A DNA stretch of 61,899 nucleotides from a bacterium (GCA_030698385.1 JAUYLZ010000027.1:1-61899); one strand, 5' to 3'; positions 18,549-28,570 are shown, numbered from the stretch's first letter. Translations and numbers: made by a program. The notes: generated by a model not told the origin, from the sequence alone.

Positions 18549-18815
18549 CTAATATGACTTGATCCTTTTTTTCCGTATTTGGTGATAGACTACCCCAAAA
18601 ATAATAAACAGTATTCCAACTACAACCGCAATCCAGCCGGCATATAGAAAAAATCCATCATCTTCAAATAATTTAATGGCCGCAATACCCAGAACAAACG
18701 CAGAAAATCCTGTCCTGGTGTAAGCAAGGGTATTACGCTCATTGGCAAGAATGGTTCTTTCTTGAGCAAGTAGTTTGTGTGATTTGATTGTTTCTTTTAA
18801 ATGATTATTTTCCAT
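18549..18815 (-). CDS. DUF202 (YidH-like) membrane protein
   Basis: 88-aa ORF. ERTILANERNTLAYTRTGFS followed by two TM helices is the DUF202 pattern. Confidence 0.65.
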   Translation of the reverse strand: MENNHLKETIKSHKLLAQERTILANERNTLAYTRTGFSAFVLGIAAIKLFEDDGFFLYAGWIAVVVGILFIIFGVVYHQIRKKRIKSY

Positions 18816-19032
18816 AATGATATTGTTTATTATTTTTGTTTATAAATATTTGCAAATCAAGCGCGTCCTTCTGTGGGGATAAAGAATCGGTATATTCGTA
18901 GTTTGCTACCGTTGTCCGTCCGTCAGAGTGCCCAAAAAAGACGTGAGAACCCTCGGCATCACGTCTTTTAAATTCTAAAAACAGAAGAATTTTGACCAAT
19001 TTTTTCGGTTTTATAGGAACAAGTTTAGGCAT
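18805..19032 (-). CDS. hicA: HicA-like toxin (type II TA)
   Basis: Start moved to MPKLVPIKPKKLVKIL. The GSH..F motif (AEGSHVFFGHSDGRTTV) is present. ATG overlaps the hicB stop, and the 3' end overlaps the DUF202 start by 11 nt. Confidence 0.6.
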   Translation of the reverse strand: MPKLVPIKPKKLVKILLFLEFKRRDAEGSHVFFGHSDGRTTVANYEYTDSLSPQKDALDLQIFINKNNKQYHYGK

Positions 19033-19249
19033 AGTTAAGTTCAACGTTTTGAATGCCAACAAATCTTGTTTTTTCTATTTCTTTAATATTAACGTTTCTC
19101 AAACACAGTTTTAAAACTTGCTGCAGATTCTTTAACATTTCTTTTTGTGTTTTACCTTCGGCGTAGCAACTTGGCACAGCCGGAATAGAACCGATAAACA
19201 TACCATCCTCATCCTGCTCTATATAAACGGTAAAATTTGTATTTTTCAT
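19025..19249 (-). CDS. hicB: HicB-like antitoxin (UPF0150, short form)
   Basis: 74-aa ORF. FTVYIEQDEDGMFIGSIPAVPSCYAEGKTQKEMLKNL is a typical HicB N-terminal domain. Confidence 0.65.
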   Translation of the reverse strand: MKNTNFTVYIEQDEDGMFIGSIPAVPSCYAEGKTQKEMLKNLQQVLKLCLRNVNIKEIEKTRFVGIQNVELNYA

Positions 19250-19404
19250 AAGTTTAAAATAATTCTATAAATATCATAACAAAACTAAGAAAATAAGGCA
19301 AGTTAGAGCAAAGCGATTTTAGGAGCGGAGCCGGATATGCTGTGTTCTGCGATGTGCCAATAAACTCTTCCTTCCTTATTGTATTTGGGGAAGTTTTATT
19401 CAGT

Positions 19405-19926
19405 TCAAATCGCAAACCTTTCTTGCCAGCTTTTCAGCTCGTCAAATATTTTATCGTCAAAATCTTCCGGTTTAAATTTGAAAATAGCGTTGGCGTTCTT
19501 TACACAATGGTTTTTCAGTTCGTCCTCGTTGTTTTGGCTGGAATACCACTTAAAGCTATCAATAATATCAGCCGTTTTCACAATGAGAGCGTCTTGTCCG
19601 TTTTGCACACACCTTTGAATCAGCTCATTTGTTTTTTTCACCTTGTCTGCAATCGTATCATCTTTAGTGCTCGCAAAAATCAAGCGGACAACATTATCAC
19701 CAAACTCATCTCTCAATAATTGTTCGTCAGCACCAGACCACTCAATCGCATCGTGCAAAACGCCAGCCAAAACAACATCCTCTGAATAACCATTTTCATA
19801 TAAATACACGCCAACGCGTATGTCGTGGAACATAACAGGCTTTCTGCTATTTTCATCTGACGGTGGCATATACTCCGACAGAATTCGCACGGCTTTTTCA
19901 AATTTTACATTAAGTGATTTTGACAT
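19405..19926 (-). CDS. HD-domain phosphohydrolase (small SpoT/Mesh1-like)
   Basis: 173-aa ORF with H...HD...D motifs (FHDIRV, GVLHDAIEW, KTADIID). Confidence 0.7.
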   Translation of the reverse strand: MSKSLNVKFEKAVRILSEYMPPSDENSRKPVMFHDIRVGVYLYENGYSEDVVLAGVLHDAIEWSGADEQLLRDEFGDNVVRLIFASTKDDTIADKVKKTNELIQRCVQNGQDALIVKTADIIDSFKWYSSQNNEDELKNHCVKNANAIFKFKPEDFDDKIFDELKSWQERFAI

Positions 19927-19994
19927 ACTTTATGATGCTAGAATAAAACTTCCCCAAATTAAAAATTAAACAAAAATTATTAAGCTGTTTTAAC

Positions 19995-20780
19995 TCATAG
20001 CTGATAATTCATCACCAAATAGCCAATCCCAAACGGGCCTTCGTATGACATTAAATCCGCAGCGCAGTGATGCTCGGCCATGATGCCCAGATAGATCATC
20101 AGCGTATTAAGCTCATTCGCGCCAGCCTGTTCAATTTTTTTTACCTCCAAGTTTTTTATACCTTCATAGTCGCAGGTTGTTAGGTATTCAATTATTTTTT
20201 TATCAAAGTTTTTTGCGATTGGCGAGTAGCCAACGGGTGATTTTTTATTTAGCTTATGAGAAAGTTCAACCGAGGCAATGACTGCGATTCTGCTTTTTTC
20301 CATTTGAATGTGATCAGCGAGTTCTTCGCCTAATTCAAAGTGCTTGTCAAAGCTTAGCTTAGAACCGCTAATGGGAATAATTTTTGCCGTTTTGTTTTTT
20401 TTGCACAAAAAATGCAGCGGGATTAGCGAACCATGGTCAAGGTTTTTAATGGTGGTCAGTTGAATAGGCATTTTTACTTCCAGACGCTCTTTGATTCGGT
20501 AGCTTAAGGCGTTGTCGCCGTAATACTCTTCTTTGGTGGCAAAGTCGCCAAATTCATCGAGTTTGCCAATGAACTTCGGCGAGAAGTTTATCAGAAAAGC
20601 ATTGTCATGCGTATTGCCGTGCGGCGTTAAAACTATAACCGTATCCGGCGCGGCAGCGTAAAAATGCTCCGCGAGGCTGTTCAGCGCCGAGATGGTTTGA
20701 TTTACTTTTTTTGTATTGTCCTTGCCGATTTGCTCTATCAAAATTGGAGAATGGGGGACAATGGCGGAAAAAACCAACAT
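19995..20780 (-). CDS. Class III extradiol dioxygenase (LigB/DODA) family protein
   Basis: 261-aa ORF with the N-terminal IVPHSPIL and LTPHGN motifs of the LigB superfamily. Confidence 0.65.
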   Translation of the reverse strand: MLVFSAIVPHSPILIEQIGKDNTKKVNQTISALNSLAEHFYAAAPDTVIVLTPHGNTHDNAFLINFSPKFIGKLDEFGDFATKEEYYGDNALSYRIKERLEVKMPIQLTTIKNLDHGSLIPLHFLCKKNKTAKIIPISGSKLSFDKHFELGEELADHIQMEKSRIAVIASVELSHKLNKKSPVGYSPIAKNFDKKIIEYLTTCDYEGIKNLEVKKIEQAGANELNTLMIYLGIMAEHHCAADLMSYEGPFGIGYLVMNYQL

Positions 20781-20785
20781 ATATT

Positions 20786-20814
20786 AATTTCAGATTGCAG
20801 ATTTCAAATTGCAA
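20786..20814 (-). promoter_or_regulatory. Promoter positioned for a leaderless mRNA (TTGCAAT-TGAAAT motif)
   Basis: Minus-strand reading: TTGCAA + 17 nt + GAAATT + 5 nt + ATG (20780). Shares TGCAATCTGAAAT with the sites at 36439 and 60988. Confidence 0.45.
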
Positions 20815-20848
20815 ATTTGCATTCTGAAATTTACATTTTGTATTTAAA

Positions 20849-22252
20849 CTATTCTCTAAGTAAAGATTCCTCAGTTAGCGGCTCGTCATTGTCATAAAGA
20901 GCAAGGACGCGGGGATGGACCTCCATTATATTTTCCCATTTGTAACCAAGGCTTTCAAAGATTTTGCCGGAAGTTATCGTGCGTTTTTTTCCATTGGAGA
21001 TGACGTAGACCGCGAGCGACAGATTGCTTTTTAGCAGGTAGCCGTCATCGAGTTTAACCGGTTCTATTTTTTCAAACTTTTCCAGCTCGGCCGCTGATGA
21101 CTTGATAACCGCTTGATTTTTAAACTTTGTAGTTAAAAATATCGGATCAATCAAAGGCGCCTTTTTATTATTTATCACGAAGTAAACGCCGCCGGTTTCC
21201 GGATCGCGAAGCAGCGCGCCGGTCGGATAAGCATCTGTTTCACTGATTGGCAGGCCGTCTTGGTAGTAGCTTAAGTCAACCGAACTCACGTGTTCAACCT
21301 CTTCGGGATTGAAGCCCAGCTGGCGGAAAACTTCCGGATTGAGAATGCGGCGCTTGGTGTCGTCAACTAGCAGGTAAATTACGCCCAGCGGAGATTGCAG
21401 CAGTGAATATTGGGCGAATTTTATCGGCGCTCCTTTTGGATAGCCATCAAGATCGGCCTTTTTTACATTAATAATACTCTTGGTATTATAGCGCGTAGTC
21501 AGCGCGCCATAGCTTAGAAAAGGCCTTTTTTCACCGTTTTGAATCAGCCAGACTCCCGCTTCGCCCTCGACTTGTACCAAAGTTCCATCAGGGAAAAGGC
21601 GTGAGAAGAAGCGGTTCCAGAGTTTCCAGAAGTTGTAATTGCCATTGTAAACGTGCGGCGTGTAATTATAGAGAGCGGCAGTTGCTCGGTTGTACGGCGT
21701 TACCGTAATATCTTCAGTACTGATTGTGCCGTATGGATTTGTAAAAATGTAAGTTTCTCCGGCGTTGTACTTGTACATATTCGGTTCATCCATATATGAC
21801 CTGAACTGCAGAGAAGCTGAGTTTATCTGCTTCCAGAATCCTTGCCAGCGATCATTACAGCCGCCGCTGTCCGGACAGCCATAGCCGGCCGCCCAGTCGT
21901 ATTGTCTTTGGGTGGGATTTGTATCGGTGAGCAGGCTTTGCTCCTTCTGAATCAGCGTCAGCAGAAATTTCGGGTTGACCTTGTTTGTCGTCGCGCGTTC
22001 ATAAATAACTTCAGCCGCTGTCATGGTTGTTTTACCGATTTCATCAACAGGCAAGCCGTCTTTTTCAGTAACCAAGTAATTTTTTAGCGCGCCTTCTTTG
22101 CTGTTTATGAAGTTTTGAATTTCAGACAGCGTCATTGAGTCAGAATCGAGAATTTCGCTGTCAGAGATGATGTAGTTTGGGTTAAATTCACTGGCCAGAA
22201 CCGGTTGCGCCAAAAAAAATACAAAAAATAAAGCTATAAGTACCTTTTTCAT
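20849..22252 (-). CDS. Secreted protein, putative cell-wall-associated (N-terminal hydrolase-like region plus four C-terminal repeats)
   Basis: 467-aa ORF with a signal peptide. The segment NPKFLLTLIQKEQSLL resembles muramidase/glucosaminidase-type domains. Contains four repeats of the form VY-I-NGKKR-I. Confidence 0.5.
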   Translation of the reverse strand: MKKVLIALFFVFFLAQPVLASEFNPNYIISDSEILDSDSMTLSEIQNFINSKEGALKNYLVTEKDGLPVDEIGKTTMTAAEVIYERATTNKVNPKFLLTLIQKEQSLLTDTNPTQRQYDWAAGYGCPDSGGCNDRWQGFWKQINSASLQFRSYMDEPNMYKYNAGETYIFTNPYGTISTEDITVTPYNRATAALYNYTPHVYNGNYNFWKLWNRFFSRLFPDGTLVQVEGEAGVWLIQNGEKRPFLSYGALTTRYNTKSIINVKKADLDGYPKGAPIKFAQYSLLQSPLGVIYLLVDDTKRRILNPEVFRQLGFNPEEVEHVSSVDLSYYQDGLPISETDAYPTGALLRDPETGGVYFVINNKKAPLIDPIFLTTKFKNQAVIKSSAAELEKFEKIEPVKLDDGYLLKSNLSLAVYVISNGKKRTITSGKIFESLGYKWENIMEVHPRVLALYDNDEPLTEESLLRE

Positions 22253-22480
22253 ATAGTTTAAAAAAAATGATTAGTTTATAATCTATTCAAAATAATTATA
22301 CCATACTTTGCCATTAACAAAAAAAATAAAAAGTTTATCCACCAATTTTAAATATTATTCAGCAAATTTGAGCAATGATAATAAATTTTTAACGAAGGTT
22401 AGATAATTATTTGTCTATTGTCAAATGTTTAATTTTATTTTATATTTAAAATCAAGTTTACTAACCATAACATCTAATAT

Positions 22481-22942
22481 ATGGATGAAGACCAATATAT
22501 CACGCAGGAAGGTTTGGACAAGCTAAAATCCGAGTTGCACCATTTAAAAAATGTGCGGCGCCATGAAATCGCCAGTCGCATTGAGCGAGCCAAAGAACTG
22601 GGCGATTTGTCGGAAAATGCCGAGTATGCCGAGGCAAAAGACGAACAAGCGTTTAATGAAGGTAAAATTATTGAAATTGAAGAGCAACTGAAAAAACTGG
22701 TGGTTGTGGAAAAAAATAATAATAGTGATATTATCGATTTAGGATCAAAGGTAAGAGTTGATTGCAATGGCAAAGAAAAATTTTACACCTTGGTCAGTTT
22801 CAATGAAGTTGATCCGGTAAACAATATGATATCCAATGAGTCTCCGTTGGGGCAGGCAATGATTGGCAGAAAAGTCGGTGATGAATTTAGCGTAAAAATA
22901 CCCAGCGGCCAAATGAAGGTAAAGATTTTGGAAATTGAGTAA
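22481..22942 (+). CDS. greA: Transcription elongation factor GreA
   Basis: 153-aa ORF with a typical GreA N-terminal coiled coil (GDLSENAEYAEAKDEQ) and C-terminal domain. Confidence 0.93.
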   Translation: MDEDQYITQEGLDKLKSELHHLKNVRRHEIASRIERAKELGDLSENAEYAEAKDEQAFNEGKIIEIEEQLKKLVVVEKNNNSDIIDLGSKVRVDCNGKEKFYTLVSFNEVDPVNNMISNESPLGQAMIGRKVGDEFSVKIPSGQMKVKILEIE

Positions 22943-23032
22943 GGCAGTACATAATTTTATTTTTAAATAAAAAAATCCCTCTCTAGATTTTGAGAGGGGT
23001 TTTAATTTTTACTCATGAAAAAATGCTGTTAG

Positions 23033-23986
23033 CTACATCCACCCCTTTCGTTTGAAAAACAGCAGCATACTGAAACTACCCAGCAGCATTATGGCGATAA
23101 TCCACCAGAAGCCAAGCGGATGATTGATAAACGGCATGCCGTTTAGCGTGTTCATGCCAAAAATCGCGGCCAGCAAGGTCAGCGGAAAGACGATGACTGA
23201 AAAAATCGTCAGCGTTTTCATAATGTCGTTTAAGCGGTAGTTCAAAATTGATTCGTTGGTGGCGTAGAGCGCCTCAAGCATCTCCTGCCGGTTTTCAATT
23301 GTGTTCCAGAGGTCTTTGGTCTTGTCAATGACCGCCGGAAAAGGCGTGTGCGAGTCGCTTAAACCGGCTTCAGCTCGGAGTTTTTCAAATTTTTCAAAGA
23401 CCATTTGATAGTTTTTGGTAATAGTGCGGAAGTTAATGGCGTTGCGCCGCAAGTCAAGCAGGGTGGTAACGGCGCTGCGGCTTTTGTGAGAAAAAATAGT
23501 GTCTTCAATATCGTCGATGGTTTTGCTCATGTCATCCAGCAGATTAAAGCTCCAGTCCAGCAGTTTGTCGGTGATTTGATAGTAGAGATCAACCGATGAA
23601 TCAATCGGAGTGATTTGTTTGCCGTTTTGTTTTTGGTAACCGTCAAACAGCTTTTTGAGCAGGTTTATTTTGTTGTCGTGGAGCGTTACCAGCAGGTCAT
23701 GGCCGATAAAAAAATCAATTTCCGCGCCGTTAATGGTTTCATTTTCCTGACTGTAATAAGGAAAGCGAATCGCCAAAAAAATATAATTTTCGCGGCCTTT
23801 AACTTTGGCGTGCAAAGCGGTGATATTAACAGTCGCGTCCCGCAGATCTTCCGGTGCAAAATTGAATTCGCGGCGCAAGTAAGCTATCTCATTGGCGCCG
23901 GCATTTAAAATATTGAGCCAGGTGATCTTTTTTTTGTGTCCGCCTTTAATAATTAAACTATTTATTTTGTGATTACTCCTTGGCAT
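23033..23986 (-). CDS. corA: Magnesium/cobalt transporter CorA
   Basis: 317-aa ORF with two C-terminal TM helices and the GMN motif (AIFGMNTLNGMP). Confidence 0.9.
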   Translation of the reverse strand: MPRSNHKINSLIIKGGHKKKITWLNILNAGANEIAYLRREFNFAPEDLRDATVNITALHAKVKGRENYIFLAIRFPYYSQENETINGAEIDFFIGHDLLVTLHDNKINLLKKLFDGYQKQNGKQITPIDSSVDLYYQITDKLLDWSFNLLDDMSKTIDDIEDTIFSHKSRSAVTTLLDLRRNAINFRTITKNYQMVFEKFEKLRAEAGLSDSHTPFPAVIDKTKDLWNTIENRQEMLEALYATNESILNYRLNDIMKTLTIFSVIVFPLTLLAAIFGMNTLNGMPFINHPLGFWWIIAIMLLGSFSMLLFFKRKGWM

Positions 23987-24100
23987 TTACTTTTTTTTAA
24001 AATTTAATAACTGAATATATTATACCATAAATTGTTAGGGTGTGGTATAATGTAAATATTAATATGAATTACTTCGTATTTTTCAATTTGTATTTAACAT

Positions 24101-24580
24101 ATGCCCGAACTTAATCCAAAAATTGATCAACTAAACGTTGAAAAAACCGAAACGCCAAACATAAAACCCGAGTTGCGCATTGAACGTCCGCCTGCCCGGC
24201 GTTTTGAATTTCCGAAGTTTAAAAAAGAAGAAAAAGCGCAGGCAAGTGAAAAAACCGCCGCCGCGGCGCCGGCAGTAACTGACGCGCCGGTTGCCGCCGG
24301 AACAAAAAAAGTTGACATCAAGCAAATTGAAGAAGTGCTTAGTCACGATCTTGAAGATATTTATTTTCAGCTCGCGCCGCCGTTGCAGATGAAGTTTAAG
24401 AAAAAAGGAGAAGAAACGGCTAATGAAATAAAGTCGCTGATGGAGAAGACAAAAGTCAATGTCAGAAAAATTGCCGATTTGATAATTGATTGGCTGAGGA
24501 TTATTCCCGGCGTGAACAAGTTTTTTCTTGAACAAGAAAGCAAGCTGAAAACCGATGAAATTTTGCGCTTAAAAGATTGA
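24101..24580 (+). CDS. Hypothetical protein (Ala/Pro/Lys-rich N-terminus)
   Basis: 159-aa ORF directly upstream of the TraD-like ATPase gene. No motif. Confidence 0.45.
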   Translation: MPELNPKIDQLNVEKTETPNIKPELRIERPPARRFEFPKFKKEEKAQASEKTAAAAPAVTDAPVAAGTKKVDIKQIEEVLSHDLEDIYFQLAPPLQMKFKKKGEETANEIKSLMEKTKVNVRKIADLIIDWLRIIPGVNKFFLEQESKLKTDEILRLKD

Positions 24581-24687
24581 TTATTTTTAATTTAAATTTG
24601 AAAATGGTTATTAGAAATTACTTTGAATTACGAAATGCCTCTTGACCGTTATTCCCATTTTTAGATAACTACTTTTAACTATTATCA

Positions 24688-27135
24688 ATGACCGCTACTT
24701 GGTTTACTACCGCAATTACGCTAATTTTAGCTATAGGAAGTATTGCTGCTATGCTAGCAATCGTTTTTTTGTTTGTCAGAAAGTATTTAAGAAAAATATA
24801 CCGCGCCAACGACGCTTTTGAAAAAGATATACTTTTAATCCGCGTTCCCAAAGAAACTCCAAAGGATGTCGACACGAACCAATCAACCCAGTCTTTGCAG
24901 GAAGATTTGGCGATTGGCGAGAATATTTTCGCGGTTATTGGCGGGCTTAAGGCAAACCCGGACGGAATCAGTTCGTGGCTGTTTGGTTCGCACAACAGTT
25001 TTTCTTTTGAAATTGTCGCGCACAAGAAGTTGATATCTTTTTATATCGTCGTGCCGAAGTCGTATCGCCGTTTTATCGAACAGGAAATATACGCGCATCA
25101 TCCCAACGCCAGTATTGAAGATGTGCCGGATTACAATATTTTTACCGTTCATTCACAGGTGAAATCAGCGCAGATGATTCTGAAGCGCAGTTATGTCTAT
25201 CCGATCAAGACCTACCGCGAACTAGATATTGATCCGCTAGATTCCCTGATCAACACCTTGGGCAAACTCAATGAAAATGAAGGCGCCGCCATACAAGTAT
25301 TGGTTCGTTCCGCTAACAAGTCCTGGCGTTCGCGCGGCAAGCATGTTATCAATGCCGTGCGCGAGGGAAAATCACTCAATGAGGCGATGAAGGCTAATGC
25401 TTATACGAAAATAATGAAATTTTTTAGCAAGAAAAAAAAGACGGAAGCGCCGGCGCCGCGCGCGCAGTTAACGCCGGTTGAGGAGCAAGCGATTAAGTCA
25501 ATTGAAGGAAAAATGTCAAAAGCCGGCTTGGAGGTAATCATCCGTGTGATCACTTCAGCCGAGAATGCCGGCGCCGCGCAAGTATATCTTGATAATATTA
25601 CCGATATATTTAATCAATACGCGGTTTTTGAGTATGGCAACGGTTTCCGAAGCAAGGGTGAGAGATCAAAGAAATTAATCAGCGATTTTATCTTCCGCCG
25701 TTTCACGGGCGGCATTATGGTGCTCAATACCGAGGAGTTGGCCGGCATCTACCATTTGCCGATGCCACACAATGAAACCCCGAATATCTTGTGGCTGACT
25801 GCCAAAAAAGCGCCGGCCCCGACTAACGCGCCTACTGAAGGAATTGTGCTTGGCCAAAATGTTCATCGCGGCGTGGTCAAGCAAATCCACATTAAGCGCG
25901 CCGACCGCCGCCGTCATATGTATGTCATTGGCAAATCCGGCACCGGCAAGTCCAACCTAATTGCCAGTTTGGCCAGACAAGATATTGCCAATGGCGAAGG
26001 CGTCTGCATTGTCGATCCGCATGGCGATTTGATTGAGGATATATTGAAAGGCATACCAAAAGAGCGCGCCGATGATGTTATTTGTTTCTCGCCGGCGGAC
26101 ACGCAACGGCCGATGGGCCTTAATTTGCTTGAGTTTGATGAACGTTATCCGGAGCAAAAAACCTTTGTCATCAACGAAATGATCAAAATTTTTGACAAAT
26201 TATATGACTTGCGTTCAACCGGCGGACCGATTTTTGAACAATACATGCGCAACGCCATGCTGCTCATTATGGATGATCCGGCCAGCGGCTCAACGCTGAT
26301 GGAGATTTCAAAAGTTCTGGCCGATTCTGAATTTCGCGCTCTGAAGTTAAAGAAGTGCAAAGACGCAACGGTAGTTAATTTTTGGCAAAAAGAAGCGGAA
26401 AAAGCCGGCGGCGAGGCCGCGCTGGCAAATGTCGTTCCTTATATTACCTCAAAACTTACCAGCTTTGTGTCAAACGCCACCATGCGTCCGATCATCGGCC
26501 AGCAGAACAGTTCGTTTAACTTGCGCGATATTATGGATCAGCAGAAGATTCTGCTCGTAAACTTGTCCAAAGGCCAGATTGGCGAGATGAACGCTCATTT
26601 GCTAGGCATGGTTTTGGTTGGCAAAATTATGGTCGCGGCCTTGTCGCGGACCGACTTGAATCAGGAGGCGCGCAAGGATTTTTATCTCTATATTGATGAA
26701 TTTCAGAATTTCACCACTGATTCAATCGGCATTATTTTGTCTGAAGCGCGCAAATACAATTTAAACCTGATTATGGCGCACCAGTACTTGGGACAGCTGG
26801 TTGTAAAAAACGATACCGCGGTAAAAGAAGCGGTTTTTGGCAATGTCGGCACGATGATACTTTTTAAAATCGGCTCGGATGATTCGGAGACCATGCTGAA
26901 GGAATTTACGCCGGTCTTTAATGAATTTGATTTAATCAACATTGAAAAATATACAGCGTATGTTAAACTGTTGATAGATAATACCGCCTCTCGTCCTTTC
27001 AGTATGTCTACCTATCCGCTGGGGCCGGGAAATGACATTTTGGCTCAAAAAATAAAAGAACTTTCCCGCGTAAAGTATGGGCGCGCCCGCGGTATTGTGG
27101 AGGCCGAAATTATGCAGAGATCAAAAATTAGCTAG
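24688..27135 (+). CDS. Membrane-anchored TraD/VirD4/TraG-like P-loop ATPase (type IV coupling-protein-like)
   Basis: 815-aa ORF with an N-terminal TM helix, Walker A VIGKSGTGKS and Walker B FYLYIDEFQNF. The pattern matches the T4SS DNA-binding/coupling ATPase family. Confidence 0.7.
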   Translation: MTATWFTTAITLILAIGSIAAMLAIVFLFVRKYLRKIYRANDAFEKDILLIRVPKETPKDVDTNQSTQSLQEDLAIGENIFAVIGGLKANPDGISSWLFGSHNSFSFEIVAHKKLISFYIVVPKSYRRFIEQEIYAHHPNASIEDVPDYNIFTVHSQVKSAQMILKRSYVYPIKTYRELDIDPLDSLINTLGKLNENEGAAIQVLVRSANKSWRSRGKHVINAVREGKSLNEAMKANAYTKIMKFFSKKKKTEAPAPRAQLTPVEEQAIKSIEGKMSKAGLEVIIRVITSAENAGAAQVYLDNITDIFNQYAVFEYGNGFRSKGERSKKLISDFIFRRFTGGIMVLNTEELAGIYHLPMPHNETPNILWLTAKKAPAPTNAPTEGIVLGQNVHRGVVKQIHIKRADRRRHMYVIGKSGTGKSNLIASLARQDIANGEGVCIVDPHGDLIEDILKGIPKERADDVICFSPADTQRPMGLNLLEFDERYPEQKTFVINEMIKIFDKLYDLRSTGGPIFEQYMRNAMLLIMDDPASGSTLMEISKVLADSEFRALKLKKCKDATVVNFWQKEAEKAGGEAALANVVPYITSKLTSFVSNATMRPIIGQQNSSFNLRDIMDQQKILLVNLSKGQIGEMNAHLLGMVLVGKIMVAALSRTDLNQEARKDFYLYIDEFQNFTTDSIGIILSEARKYNLNLIMAHQYLGQLVVKNDTAVKEAVFGNVGTMILFKIGSDDSETMLKEFTPVFNEFDLINIEKYTAYVKLLIDNTASRPFSMSTYPLGPGNDILAQKIKELSRVKYGRARGIVEAEIMQRSKIS

Positions 27136-27238
27136 ACCAGTTTTTACAAAAAAAAGAATCCAATTCCTCAAAGAAGGGATTGGATTTAAATAATAGTTTT
27201 TTTAAACCAAAATTTAAACTAATAAAAAAGTAAAAAAT

Positions 27239-28570
27239 ATGATTGACTATGAACGCCGGCCGTCAATATTAAGAAGTATTTGGCCATGGATAGTTATTAT
27301 TAGCTTAATTGCCGGGTCTTTTTATGGCGGAATAATACTCGCGAATAAAACCGAAATTGATGAAAAATTAATAGACCATGATACGGTATTTTTGGGTACG
27401 GTTTTGAATAAGTATAAAAATACGCGCAAAGAAAATTTAAGCAATGACGTTGATTTTGAGCTGTTTTGGGATGTCTGGGACTTGATTAAATCTCAGTATG
27501 TCGATTCGGCAGACTTGTCGGAAAAAGAGATGTTTTACGGCGCCTTGCGCGGCCTGGTCGCTTCAACTGATGATCCCTACAGCGTGTTTATGAATCCGGT
27601 TGTTTCCAAAGAATTTCAAGATGATTTGAACGGCACTTTTGAAGGGATTGGCGCTGAAATCGGCATCAAAGGCGGAGTGCTTACCATAGTCGCGCCGCTG
27701 ACAGACATGCCGGCAGCTAAGGCCGGCTTAAGAGCCGGCGACAAAATTTTGTCAATCAATGGCGAAACCACCAACGGTATGATGCTAGATTTAGCAGTTT
27801 CAAAAATACGCGGTGAAGAGGGAACTGAAGTGACGCTCAATATCTGGCGGGAAAGCTTTGAAGAACCGCGGGATTTTAACATTACGCGCGGAAAAATTAT
27901 CGTGAAAAGCGTTCGTTGGGAGTTTCGTCCGTCTCGTCCGGATGAAGCCGAGGATGATATAGCCTATATTGAAATATCAAATTTTAATCATGATACCGCT
28001 GACTTGTTTGACCGCGCCATCAAAGAATTAATCGCCAAAAATTCCAAAGGCTTAATTTTAGATCTGCGCAATAATCCGGGCGGATTTTTAGATACGGCAA
28101 TTGAAATGGCCAGTGAGTGGGTGGAAGGCGAGATAGTGGTGATTGAAAAATTCAGCGAGGACAATCAGCGAGAATATTTGGCTCGCGGGCGCGCCCGATT
28201 AAAAGATTTGCCAACAGTTGTGCTGGTAAACGAGGGCAGCGCTTCGGCCTCGGAAATTGTTGCCGGCGCGCTGAAGGATCATGGCAAGGCAACCATTATC
28301 GGCCAGAAAACCTTTGGCAAAGGTTCAGTGCAGGAATTAACAGAACTAAATGACGGTTCATCATTGAAAATAACTGTGGCCAAGTGGCTGACTCCGAATG
28401 GCATAAGCATTAATGACGAGGGCGTTTCGGTTGATATTGAGGTTGATTTAATCAGAGAAGATTATGAACAAGATAAAGATCCGCAGTTGGATAAGGCCAT
28501 GGAGGTGTTAAATAATCCGAGTTTACTTTTAGAAATTTCAGACGAGACTGTTGATGAAGCCGTTGAATAA
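27239..28570 (+). CDS. Carboxy-terminal processing protease (S41 family) with PDZ domain
   Basis: 443-aa ORF with the catalytic Ser region GSASASEIVAGAL and the Lys region KTFGKGSVQ. Confidence 0.9.
   Translation: MIDYERRPSILRSIWPWIVIISLIAGSFYGGIILANKTEIDEKLIDHDTVFLGTVLNKYKNTRKENLSNDVDFELFWDVWDLIKSQYVDSADLSEKEMFYGALRGLVASTDDPYSVFMNPVVSKEFQDDLNGTFEGIGAEIGIKGGVLTIVAPLTDMPAAKAGLRAGDKILSINGETTNGMMLDLAVSKIRGEEGTEVTLNIWRESFEEPRDFNITRGKIIVKSVRWEFRPSRPDEAEDDIAYIEISNFNHDTADLFDRAIKELIAKNSKGLILDLRNNPGGFLDTAIEMASEWVEGEIVVIEKFSEDNQREYLARGRARLKDLPTVVLVNEGSASASEIVAGALKDHGKATIIGQKTFGKGSVQELTELNDGSSLKITVAKWLTPNGISINDEGVSVDIEVDLIREDYEQDKDPQLDKAMEVLNNPSLLLEISDETVDEAVE

Noticed and set aside
18805-18900. Possible frameshift or pseudogenisation of hicA, because its C-terminus is atypical.
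   Set aside because: Neither alternative frame gives a better HicA-like tail (both stop within 15-21 codons). The in-frame ORF is uninterrupted and coupled to its neighbours.
18480-19360. GC-rich imperfect direct repeat (AGAGCA(C/A)AGCG...AGCGG.AGC) flanking the hicAB-DUF202 module.
   Set aside because: Identity is only about 60-65 percent over about 35 nt with a gap. That is too weak to distinguish from chance without a genome-wide count.
19342-19901. Plus-strand ORFs 19342-19719 and 19379-19618, and the minus-strand alternative frame 19713-19901.
   Set aside because: They overlap the HD-domain gene, which has clear H...HD...D motifs. The alternatives lack any motif.
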